A stretch of 64,000 bases of DNA, from NCBI GenBank assembly GCA_036867785.1, contig CP145409.1, positions 1,984,001 through 2,048,000 on the forward strand. Reading direction: 5' to 3'. The notes beneath the pieces are model-generated. The model saw only the letters and a list, made by a program, of their open reading frames with translations. It was not told where the DNA came from and made no database searches. Source of the stretch: Plasmodiophora brassicae. Lineage: Eukaryota. The translations under genes and the position numbers were made by a program. Every line of letters starts with the position of its first letter. Within the stretch, counting starts at the first letter, position 1. This document shows, piece by piece, positions 37,020 to 47,582 of the stretch.

Positions 37020-37690
37020 GGGAGAGACTTGCAGATGTAGAACGGGAACCCGTATCGGCAAAGAGGTCATGTAGGCGTCCGCGGAGACGACCCTGAGCAT
37101 GTAAGTCGTAACCATCGGGTTGGTGGTTGCACCAGTCGACCATTAACGAAGCCGGCGGACCTTGGCACCCCAGCTCAGAGTCGTAGAGCGCCTTGATCTG
37201 CTGGAAGGATGCGTGCTCAACGCGTTCGTGTCGTTACTCTATGCTGACGGCTGGTGCTGGCCTCGTAGCGGAAGGCGTGTCCATCGACTGATCGTGCTGG
37301 CTTCGCGTTGACGCCCAGAAGTGCCCAGAATCTATGTAGACGGTGGAAGACCAGCTTCGCCTGCTTGGCGAATGTGTAGTACTCGATGTTGTCTCGATCG
37401 TGGAGTCCACGATGCGCTGCCCAAACACCAGATTCGACTTGAACCTCGGCACGTAGCGGGTGTCGTTCAGGTCGCACTGCTTGACGTCAATGACATTGCG
37501 CGCGGTACCAATCCGGCCGTCGATGATTGTGCGCGCGGCACCAATCCTCCTAGCGCGTCATCTCTCGGCCGCCGCCTACATAGGTAGGCAGCACGTTCTG
37601 GAAGACGATATCGTCTCGTCGCTTCTGACAATCCGCCGACGTGGTTCATTCAGCGCGTGAAAGACACATGGCGCTCACCGTGCCATGCTT
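37020..37690 (-). pseudogene. Degraded coding fragment of unknown family
   Basis: Codon-biased stretches (NVIDVKQCDLNDTRYVPRFKSNLVFGQRIV / NIEYYTFAKQAKLVFHRL / QQIKALYDSELG) are broken by frameshifts, stops and a small local duplication. Confidence 0.4.
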
Positions 37691-38178
37691 CGTGGCGATC
37701 GACGTCGCTCATCATGGATCGACGCGCCGAACTGAACCGACCAGGCAACGTTCGTCGCCTGGCCGGCACCGGCAAGACACGCTCGGGGTCCGGCCGACAC
37801 GGGACCCAGGAATTTGGCCAGCGCGCGCCGACGTCCTATACGATTAATCCCCGCGATCTACAGGATCTGCCACGCAGGATGACCGTTCACCAGGTTGCGA
37901 AGTCCGCGGCAGGGGTCTATTATTTTTGCGGTTGTCCGTCCGGGGTTCCACGACTGCCGATCCGGTTGACTTCATTATCGAACGCGAACGACCAAGGTGT
38001 ACGTCGGTTGCGGTTTTTGGCGATTATCCGATCCGCCCCGGTTGTGGGACAGACTTCAGCGGCCCCGTCACAGGGCAGACTAATTTTCGTCGAGAGAAAC
38101 GTGGCACACACCGGAGGCGCGTCTCTGGAGACCAGCCCCGTTGGCGTTCACGCGCCGGAAGCCCGTTTCACCTACTCT

Positions 38179-38953
38179 ATGGCGCAGGCGGGCGTCGCAA
38201 CGGGCCCGATCGTTGTCGTCGAGGGTGACGAGTTCGCATGCAGCGAGTGCGGCAAGGAGTTCGCCACGAAGGCCCAGGTGAAGCGGCACGCGCGCACGCA
38301 CTCGCAGGTCCGCCCGTTCTCGTGCGACGTCTGCCTCAAGACGTTTATGACGAAATGCAACCTGACGAAGCACACGCGTATCCATACCGGCGAACGGTTC
38401 GTGTACTCGGGACCGATGACGCGCAAATGGACATTGACAGCGGCTGTCAGGCCCTACGAGTGCACGATCTGTCGGAAAGCGTTCGGGCGGCGGGCCATCC
38501 TGACGAAGCATATGCGGGTGCATACCGGCGAGCGCCTGTACCATTGCACGGTCTGCTCCAGGGATTTCGCCACCGCGTTCTCACTGTCGAATCACGAACG
38601 ACTCCACACGGGCGATAGACCATACGAGTGCCCGATCTGCCGCAAGACGTTCGCCATCAAGGTCGGTCGGTCCGTCTGGTTGCGCGCCCGGTTTCGCCGA
38701 CTAATGCTGCTGCTGCTGCTCCAGGGGAATTTAACATCGCACCTAACTGTCCAGTAAGTCCATCCCGATGCGCGCGTGCCAGTGTATACCCGTGCGCTGA
38801 TGGCGGCTCGTTCGCAGCACGAAGGACGCCAAGTACAAATGCGACGTCTGCGAGAAGCTGTTTCGGCACAGGTCGTCGTTGAACATGCACGTCGTCAAAT
38901 TCCACAGCCCGCGAACCGGGACGGCTGCGGCCCCGTCGCAGTCGACCCAGTAA
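38179..38953 (+). CDS. C2H2 zinc-finger protein, 6 fingers (paralogue D, 3 introns)
   Basis: Same three intron positions as paralogue C. Ends RHRSSLNMHVVKFHS. Confidence 0.88.
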
Positions 38954-39251
38954 CGAGACCCGCTCTGTTATGTAATATTATCATGTACACGAGCGTTATT
39001 GTTGCTATGCTGCCCTGCCCCCGTACGCCTCCGGCTTGGCACGAACCGCGCGCGCCCATCCCGTAGACGGATCATCACAGGCACACACACACGTGCCCTC
39101 ACGTCAGACGCCGCGTTCGACGCCGTCGCCCCGTCTCAGTGTCGTGTCGTCAGTTTCGTACATAGGCAGGTGTCCGAGACAGCCACCGCCTGAGTTGTCC
39201 CGTTACAGAGCGCAGGTGGGGGCACCTCTTCGCACGTGTTGTCGGCGGACG

Positions 39252-40691
39252 ATGAAGATGTTCCGGTCGTCAACGTCGGCGACGGGCGGCGCAAGCGTCG
39301 AACCCGTCATCGCGTTCGACGTCGTCGACGGGCACCGTCGCCCGACCCGATTGCGGGTCTCGGCAACCGGGTGCACCATCGGCAAGGACAAATACGGCCG
39401 CCACGATATCGTCGACGTCGTCCAGAGCGGCGATGCTCCTGGACGGCTCGTCGTCAGCGTCGTGCGACGCATCGAACTCGACGCCGACGACGACGGGCAG
39501 GTGCAGCGCATCCTCGATGCGTTCCAGGGCCTGAACCTGATCCAGCGGCGCGACGAGCGGAGGCCCGACGACCTCCGGGAGCCGGCCCACGCGCCACCGA
39601 CCGAAGCGTCGATGAGCGATTTCACAGCGATCGGCGTGCTGGGCGAAGGCGGGTTCGGCCAGGTGCAACTCGTGAAACGGAACGCGGACGGGCGCCTCCT
39701 GGCCATGAAGCTCGACAAAGACGGGCGCGGGGCGCTATCCGACGCGGAACGCGCCATCCTGGAGCGAATCCGCCATCCGTTCATCATATCGCTGGTGACG
39801 ACGGTCGTCGACCCAGCCGGGCGACGCCACCTCTGCCTGGAGTACGCCGACCAGCACGACCTGCACTACCATCTCCAGCGGCTCGGCCCACTCCCCGAGG
39901 ACGCCGTCGCCTTCGTCACCGCCGAAATCATCCTGGCGCTCGAACACCTCCACCAGCACGACATTGTAAGCCCCCGTCCGCGACGTGGGGCGTCGTCGAC
40001 TGAGGCGAGCGCCTGCCTGATCAGGTGTACCGGGACCTGAAGCCGGAGAACGTTCTCATAGGCGGCGACTACCACATTCGCCTTGCGGATCTGGGCCTGG
40101 GTAAACAGGGCGTCACGAGTCCCGGCGGCCTGTCGTCACAGGGGACGAAGGCGACGACGTTCTGTGGGACGCCCGCCTACCAGCCTCCCGAGATGCTGTG
40201 CGGCGACGACTACGGCCATGCCTGCGACTACTGGTACAGAGACGCCTCGTGGCGTTCGTCGCCAGAATGTGACGAACGGGGGCAGGTCGTTGGGCGTGCT
40301 CGTGTTCGAGCTGCTGACCGGGCGGGTGCCGTTCCACGCGCCGACCCGCCTGCAAATGTACGAGAACGCGATCCGCGCCGAGGTCGTGTTCCCCAGGTCG
40401 GTGTCGAGGTGCGCCCAGTCGTTTATTCGGGGCCTGCTCGTGCGCCGACCCGAGGACCGGATGGGATCCGGGCCGCTGCGCGGGTTCGAGCTCAGGTCGC
40501 ACCCGTTCCTGGGCGCCGTCCATCCGCACTGGGCCGACCTCGAGCAGGGCCGCATCGCGTCGCCGCTCGGGAACCTCCTGCATCGGGACGCCCTGCAGGC
40601 ATTCATCGGCCAGGTCGAGCGTGCGAATCGTCATACAATCGCGGATCCATCAGCGGTGTATTCCGGCGCCGTCCCGCTCCAGATCGGATAA
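39252..40691 (+). CDS. AGC-family Ser/Thr protein kinase
   Basis: GEGGFGQV, LAMK, HPFII.L, YRDLKPENVL, DLGL, TFCGTPAYQPPE, DYWSLG, RMGSG..HPF. Confidence 0.85.
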
Positions 40692-42406
40692 CGGCGTGGC
40701 GGGCACGTCGGTGTCGACGCCCGCGTACTGTGTCCCGTGCGGGTTGATGACGACGATCTCGTACGCGACCAGCACCAGCTGGGCCAGTTGCAGAATGCCC
40801 TCCGGAAACAGGAAGTCGATTAGGAAGTGTCGGGTGGCGCCCTGATTCTCAGCAAAGTATCTGCCGAACGGCGACGCGTTTAGCGAAACGGCGACAAGGG
40901 AGCCGATTGCTGCGAGCGCCGTACATGCAAATTCCAGCGGTGGCAACCATCAGGCCGAAGAGGGCGACGTGCAGGCGGGTGAAGGTCAGGAACGTGGACG
41001 CGTGCGGGCTGGTGGGTCGCATGGACTTTATCCGGGTCAACGAGACGACAGTGGGGCGCAGGAGGATACCGAAGAATACAACGTCGATGAAGAGCAGCGG
41101 GAAGAACATGGACAGGCCGTATCGTTTCACATCCGGATCCGACGACAGTACCGTGTCGAACACGACCCACACCTGAACCAAAACCACACAACGTCACACA
41201 CAGACAGTAAGATGGCGAATACGCGCGAAGCAGACCTGGGCGAGGTTGTAGGACATTGCGATGGCCGATAGGACCTGGACGGTCCTGATCGGGAACCGGG
41301 CACGTGCACCGACGACGGGCAGTGCTGACCCATACGAGAAGGCCATCATGCTGAAGACGGCGATCTGCAGGGCGCGCTTGATCACGCAGGCCAGACTGGC
41401 AGCGACCTCGATCGGGAACGGCGGCACGCCGTTGCGATTGGACGCGGTGTAGTACTGCCACCACAGCGTCGACTCCAGAAGCAGTGCTGCCAGTAGGAGG
41501 GAAATCGCAGCACCGGCGAGATCAGGACGCGGGACCAGGTGCTGTTTCATGCGAACGCCGCCCAGGACGGCGACCCCGAGCGATGCTATCGTTAGTATCG
41601 CATACAGCGAGGCCAGAGGGCGTTTCTCGGCCGACAGGTGCCCGTCAGCCGCCTCGATCTGGGAACCGCACTTAAAACGAAGAGCGCAAACGGGAACATA
41701 CGACGACCGTACCGATATGGTTCCAGAGAGCGAGAGACGCCCGGGCCGGGAACCGCAATGTGACACGACGAGGGCATAGCTGCCTTGCCCATCGACAGGG
41801 ACGCTGACGTGCAGGTCGTCCTTCGACAGGTCGTGAACAAACCGGGAGACAACGGTGACGCCGGACGGGATTATGACGGTACCCGGCTGGTCGCACACGC
41901 CCGACCGGAACATGGACGCCGAGCAGCACAAGGACGGCTGCGGGAACACAGGAGCGTCCATTAGACGCCTCCGTCCGCTGGGAAACGAAGCAGCGTATTA
42001 CCAGGCCAGGGTAGGCCTCCGACGGGAACGCAACGTCACCTGACGGTTTGTACACGATGAACTCGACGAACCCGGTCGGGGATGGCACCGGCTCCATGAG
42101 CGTCTTCCTCTCAACCCGCACTAAGCAATGACGTTGGTTTCGAACTGACGCAATAGTGGGTTGCGATGGGACTGACAACGCGCGGTGACCGACGTGGCAC
42201 CGTCGGCGGCGAAGAATCGCTGGCGGACCGACTCAGGGTATAGCTGCAGTGACAAAGAGCAGATCAGCATGAGAACGACAACGAAGGAGCCTGGGGTGAC
42301 GTACGACGGCATTGTCGTACGTGATGTGGAAGGCGGCGGCCACCTGCCCGAACACGGCAGCGGCGGCGGCGACCTGAGCCGCCAACCGCAACGCCGCCGC
42401 CACCAT
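40650..42406 (-). CDS. GOST / Lung-7TM (GPR107/TMEM87-like) membrane protein
   Basis: Signal peptide MVAAALRL..., a luminal domain with GSYALVVSHC and GHLSAEKRPL..LY, then about 7 TM segments including Y...NRNG. Several introns. Confidence 0.72.
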
Positions 42407-42923
42407 GGGCGCGCACATACAGTATGGATCGACCTGGTGGTACCTCGACAGCCGATGCCGCAGGCCGATATCTCGCGGCTGCTGCTGCTGCTGCCGGTCA
42501 GACGCGATCAGCACCATGCCGCATGGCCGGTGCTCGCGGATTGCAGTATTGGCGTCGGGGAGAGGCGGCTACCAGGAAGGTATCGATCGGTTCGCTCGCT
42601 CCGGTCCAACGAACGCAAAACAGGCGGCGTCGCTCCACCCGGGGGCCTTAGGGCGGGCTCGCAGTCGGACCGGGCGAGCGCGCATCATGCCCATTGCCCA
42701 TTGAATCGGTGCGTCTGCTTTATAACGCATTATGATTACGTACGCTATACGAACCCGGCCTGCTCCCCGGGGCGTGTTCTAAAGTACTGCATGTACGATC
42801 ACTTCTGTGCCGGATACGCGTTGTGAAGAGACGCCGGGGACTCGGACGAGGAGGACTGAGCTGGACTTACGGCCATCCCGGGCTGGCGTCGCGTGTCGGC
42901 CTGTCTGGAGGCTACTGGCATCC

Positions 42924-44330
42924 ATGTCGCGTCCTTCTTGCGCTGTGCATATCTTTGCCGTCGTTACGGCACTAAGTCCATACCTGGCCGGGGCGACCGT
43001 CAGTGTGGAGAGTATCCTAAACGGGACGGTGGTGGGATCCTGGGCGGCGCCTTACTTTACCCTCGGGAACACGTCGTTCGACGTCACTGCCAGCGCGCTA
43101 TACGTTGCCGGGTCCGCTGACGACCAGGCAGTGTACGACCAACAGCCCATACCGTTACCGTCGAACTCCTTCGTGGCCATCGACAGCACAGCCACAACCA
43201 ATTACCAAGGGTGGGCGGATGCCTGCTCCCGCCAGGCACTGTCTTGCCGAGGCCTGATTGTTATTAATTGTGCCGAACCGGACCGAGCTTACGTGGCATG
43301 GACGTTTCGATCCGCAGGGTCGGTGCCTTTTACGGACGTGCCCATGGTCATCCTGACCCCTGGCCAAACGTTGGACCTGACGACGACGTTTCGCAATGAG
43401 GGACGGCAGCTCCTACGCATGACATCACAGACAGCACCGAACACAGCCTTTACCACTAACGGGCCCTGGATCATTTGGGCCATTGCGTTCGCTCTAGAGC
43501 CAGTTCTCGCAGTGATCACGCTAGCCAAGGTCGTCGCCTTCTGCGTTACAGGCCATGGACGAGTGCGCCGCCCGCCCTTCGCCCCAGTCTTTGCTTTATC
43601 CGTGTCCTTCCTATGCGCCATCGGAGACGCGTATTTCGTCGGGAACATTGCTCTATGCGACGGCCGGTGCGCACCGTACAACCTGACAGTCCGCTTCATT
43701 CGGCAATCAGAATCGTCGATCAGCTGCGCGACAACCCTAACGCTAACATACATGCTGCAGCAGGCCTATGTGCAAACCGGCGGCGTCGATACGCGTTGGT
43801 CATACCTGCGACGGTTGTTCTCGTGGTCGACCGCATGTGTCGTGATTATTGCTGGTGTGACGAGCAACGTTCTGGACCTGGTCGCCTTGAAGAGTACAGG
43901 AAGTTCTCTCGTCTACGTCGTCGGGGTCTTCATCTTGTATTTTGTTGCCTACGTCGCTTTCATTCGTCAAGGCAGGTGCGTTGCCGAACAGCTTCTGCAA
44001 TGCAAAGGCGTCTCTGCTGGCGAACGACGCAGGCGTCTCCGTTTCGCTGTCCGAATCGTCAGAAGCGGCGTTTCGGGATTGCTGATGCTGATCGCATTGA
44101 CGGTGGTCGGCGCGGCGACCGCTGTCGGCAATGTAACCCTGTTCTGGTACTCCTATGCGGTGGCCAGCGCATTCGGCGTGTTGCAGCGCATAATGGAGGC
44201 GTTGACGTTCCAGACACCAGCCTATTCGCCGTTGCGGTTCAGCAGAGCGCTCCTCAACGGTGGCGCCGCCGTTCTCCCTGCCCCAACAGCCCCGAATTCT
44301 GTTCAGCCACCTTTCAAGCTGCCCATCTGA
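42924..44330 (+). CDS. Signal peptide plus extracellular (PA-like) domain plus 7TM protein, GPCR-like
   Basis: Intronless ORF with a ~180-aa ectodomain (RGLIVIN..., DVPMVIL) followed by seven hydrophobic segments. Confidence 0.7.
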   Translation: MSRPSCAVHIFAVVTALSPYLAGATVSVESILNGTVVGSWAAPYFTLGNTSFDVTASALYVAGSADDQAVYDQQPIPLPSNSFVAIDSTATTNYQGWADACSRQALSCRGLIVINCAEPDRAYVAWTFRSAGSVPFTDVPMVILTPGQTLDLTTTFRNEGRQLLRMTSQTAPNTAFTTNGPWIIWAIAFALEPVLAVITLAKVVAFCVTGHGRVRRPPFAPVFALSVSFLCAIGDAYFVGNIALCDGRCAPYNLTVRFIRQSESSISCATTLTLTYMLQQAYVQTGGVDTRWSYLRRLFSWSTACVVIIAGVTSNVLDLVALKSTGSSLVYVVGVFILYFVAYVAFIRQGRCVAEQLLQCKGVSAGERRRRLRFAVRIVRSGVSGLLMLIALTVVGAATAVGNVTLFWYSYAVASAFGVLQRIMEALTFQTPAYSPLRFSRALLNGGAAVLPAPTAPNSVQPPFKLPI

Positions 44331-44566
44331 CGGCGTCCACGTTCTTCCCTGGTTAGTCAACGCGACGGCTACCGCCCCATACATCAGTAAAAGTACACTG
44401 ATGGAAAGCTATGGTTGACAGCAAGCATTCGTATGCTTCGGAGGATTCGAATGCTTCGGTAGGTATAAACGTGCTCATCACACAGGTTTAGCCCAAGATG
44501 GCCCGTACCTGCATGCGCCCGTCCAATAATACTGTTAGGTAGTCGTCTGAGCCTGTAACGCGCCCT

Positions 44567-45060
44567 ATGGTGAGCGCAAGCGCTGGTCATGTCGTCATCC
44601 TTGCGATGCTTGTGTATATCTCCGAGGGGAGCGTCAGCGTGGAGAGCATTGTGGGCAAGGTCGTTCTTGGATCCTGGGCAGCGCCCTATTTCATGCTCGG
44701 TAACGAGTCATTCGACGTTACTGCCAGCACATTATACGTTGTAGGGTCCAGTGAAGCGCCGGAATCCATTCGGCTACCATCCGCGCCTACGTTTAATTTG
44801 TTGCTATCGATTGTACAGTGACGATCGACTACCAGGGATGGGCAGGTGCCTGCTCCAGGCGTCGTGCCGGGGCATCATGGCCACGAGCTGCGCCGAACCC
44901 ACCCGAACTGAAGCGGCCTGGATGTTTCAATCCACAGGGCCGTTGCCGTCTCGACAAGAGGCGAGCTGTTCGACATACACAAACGCACCCGATACGGCCC
45001 TGGGCACCATCGGCTGTACGTAAATATGGATGATATTGAATACCAGCATGTCGAGGAGCA
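44567..45060 (+). pseudogene. Truncated, frameshifted tandem copy of the upstream 7TM gene's ectodomain
   Basis: SVSVESIVGKVVLGSWAAPYFMLGNESFDVTASTLYV matches TVSVESILNGTVVGSWAAPYFTLGNTSFDVTASALYV. The continuation (DYQGWAGACSR, CRGIMATSCAEP) switches frames. Confidence 0.85.
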
Positions 45061-45541
45061 AAGGGGATGGCTCGACTGTTGCACCACGACACTTCTTCTT
45101 AAAGCCGCTGGCTAATCATGGCGAAGCGTTAAACAGCGTGTTAAGCGCCTGATATGTAACACGGCAATCGTGGCCGTGCCCTTACGGCCAGCTGCGTATT
45201 GCAAAGTAATCGACGGCAGCACATACATATCACACCCTTCCGAGGCTGAGAAAACGGGTCGCAGTTTTGTCGACCATGAAAGACCCCATGACGGCTGCAG
45301 CGTCGCTGTCAATCGATTTGACACACGAGATGATGATGAACCTTGAACTATAGCAAAGGCATCACGGTGTGCAACACAAGTTCGAGCATGGTTGATGTCA
45401 GTGGGCGACTGGCACAAGTCGGTGCGAGCAGGGTTGTAGTTGGCGAACTTCAGCGGCAGTTCCAACGCGTCGATCCGCCACGGACTCACAGGCCCGCCAC
45501 GGAGTCCGTGACGGACTTGTGTTCGGACTTGGTCAGTTGCC

Positions 45542-47059
45542 ATGACGATCGTCGATGACGAGAAGTTGGGCATCGTCCGCAAGCTCGCGCATACCGACAA
45601 GGCGGTTCGCGACGAGGCCGTCCAGGGCGTCGTCAGGTGGCTCGAAAGACGTAGCAACGTCACCTCTGTCGATCTGTTGAAACTATGGAAAGCGCTCTAC
45701 TATTGCATGTGGATGTCCGACAAGCCACGCGTGCAGTCCGATCTGGCTGACAACATGGCTGGTCTGCACATGTTCCTGCCGCGCTCATCGGCACGCGTCT
45801 GACAGGTATTCTCTGCCAGGAATCATTCGCACCATTCCTTCCGACCGCGTTGTGCCGTATGTTACCGCGTTTCTGGAGACGATGCTGCGGGAATGGCATG
45901 GTACTGATAAGCTGCGTTTGGACAAGTTCTACACGCTCGTTCGCCGGTCGATGCGCTCTATCTATTACGTGGCATTTCGTCCCGACTTTGCCGACCGATC
46001 CTCTGATCTCATCGATACGGTGTCGCGCCTAATCTTGGCCAACACGGACGCGAAATCTCGTGGGCTCACACTTCACGTCGCTGACGTTCTCGTCGACGAG
46101 GTACACCCGCAACTGTTCCATTGCGACGTTTCCGTGATGCTCACTGCGCTGCACAGCTTAATGGGGCGCTGGATGAGACTGGCCCTGGTGAGGACGCTTA
46201 CCACTACGAGGTCGTCTGGCGTGTTCTTCAGTCGTCCCTGTCTGTGCTGACCACGACCGCTGTCGATCGTGTTCAGCAGAAGCGTCTGCATGATCGCGTC
46301 TTCATGCGCATCCTGGACGACGCCGAAACGATCGCGTCGTCCAATGACGATGACGATGTGACTGTATCGAACCTGACGACCTTGATATTGATGAACGCCG
46401 CTGACCTGTCCAATCGCTTCTTCGATGCTGCCGCCGATCCCGCCTCTGCCGAGCGCAACCGAAAGGCGCTGTACTCCTTGCGAACACGATTTCAAACCCT
46501 GCAGCAACTTGTCGAACGCGCTCTGGAAGAATCCGATGACGAGAACGGGCACGGAGGAGGTGATGGCGAACCGTGTCCAAGCGCCCTTGGTCTGCCCGCC
46601 GGTGTCCACAGCGTTCAAAACGTGGTGGAGGACGAGCATGCGCAGGATGGGAATGCCCAGACGGGGCCTCCTGACGTGGATCCTCCTGTCCAGTCTGCTG
46701 AACTCAAAACGCCTTCTCGGCGGCGCCGTCGACGTTCGTCTCTGGCATCGACTCCAAACGAAGATGGCCGGGACGCCAAGCGTCAGACAGTCGAGATGGA
46801 CGGCGACAGGGCGTCCGAATGCGTTGACGCTTCCGCCAGTGGTGACGCGCCGGTCGCCCAGCCGGTGATCGCCGCCGATCAGGCCCAGGCCGAGAAGGAG
46901 GAGGAGCGGCCAGCCACGAAATCGGTGTCCTTTTCGGCCACGAAAAGCATCCGCAAGTTCAACAAGGCGACGCCGATCAAGATCAAGACGCCGGCCCGCG
47001 AGCTGATCGCCAAGAAGTCGCCCGGATCCGCCCTGAAGACCGGCTCGCGCTTGAAGTAA
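45542..47059 (+). CDS. RRP1: RRP1/Nop52 nucleolar rRNA-processing protein
   Basis: KLAHTDKAVRDEAV, LLKLWKALYYCMWMSDKP.VQ, REWHGTDKLRLDKFY, and a basic tail with KSVSF. Confidence 0.9.
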
Positions 47060-47582
47060 ACGATCGGGGGCCCGCGTATTATCCTCTGGGCCGTGTGTAC
47101 TGTGCAGATATTCGGGCGGTGGCCCGCGCGGGATATTATTATTCTCGCCGGGCGAAGATCTCTCTCTGCGCCGCGTGCGATTGGCAAAAGGGTGTCGCTC
47201 CTGCGCTGCTGCTGCTGCTGCTGCGACTGGGGGGCGCTGCCGTCGTTCGCCCACCGCATTTTTGGGCAGTTCCGTGCGGGGGCGCTACATCGACGTCGTG
47301 TGCGCGGCCTCGGCGCATGCAACGCTGACTGGGGCGCGCGTCGATAAAATTGTTTTCGTGAGTGGCACGCCGCCGCGCGCGCGCCCGCGCCCCCCCCCCC
47401 CCAATATAATAATCCGCCGCGTCTCACTGGGCCGTCGGTGCGGTGAGTGGACGGGCCGCCCCGGGGGGAGGGGGGCTGCATCATTCCCCCCCAAATTGGA
47501 AGATCGTCGTCGCTCACGGGCATGCGGGTAGGTGGCCGACGACGACGGCGCTGCTGCTGACGTGTGTGTGCACCCCCATCGC

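Noticed and set aside
37217-37477. Fanzor/TnpB or transposase remnant
   Set aside because: No RuvC, DDE or zinc-ribbon motifs and no terminal repeats were recognisable.
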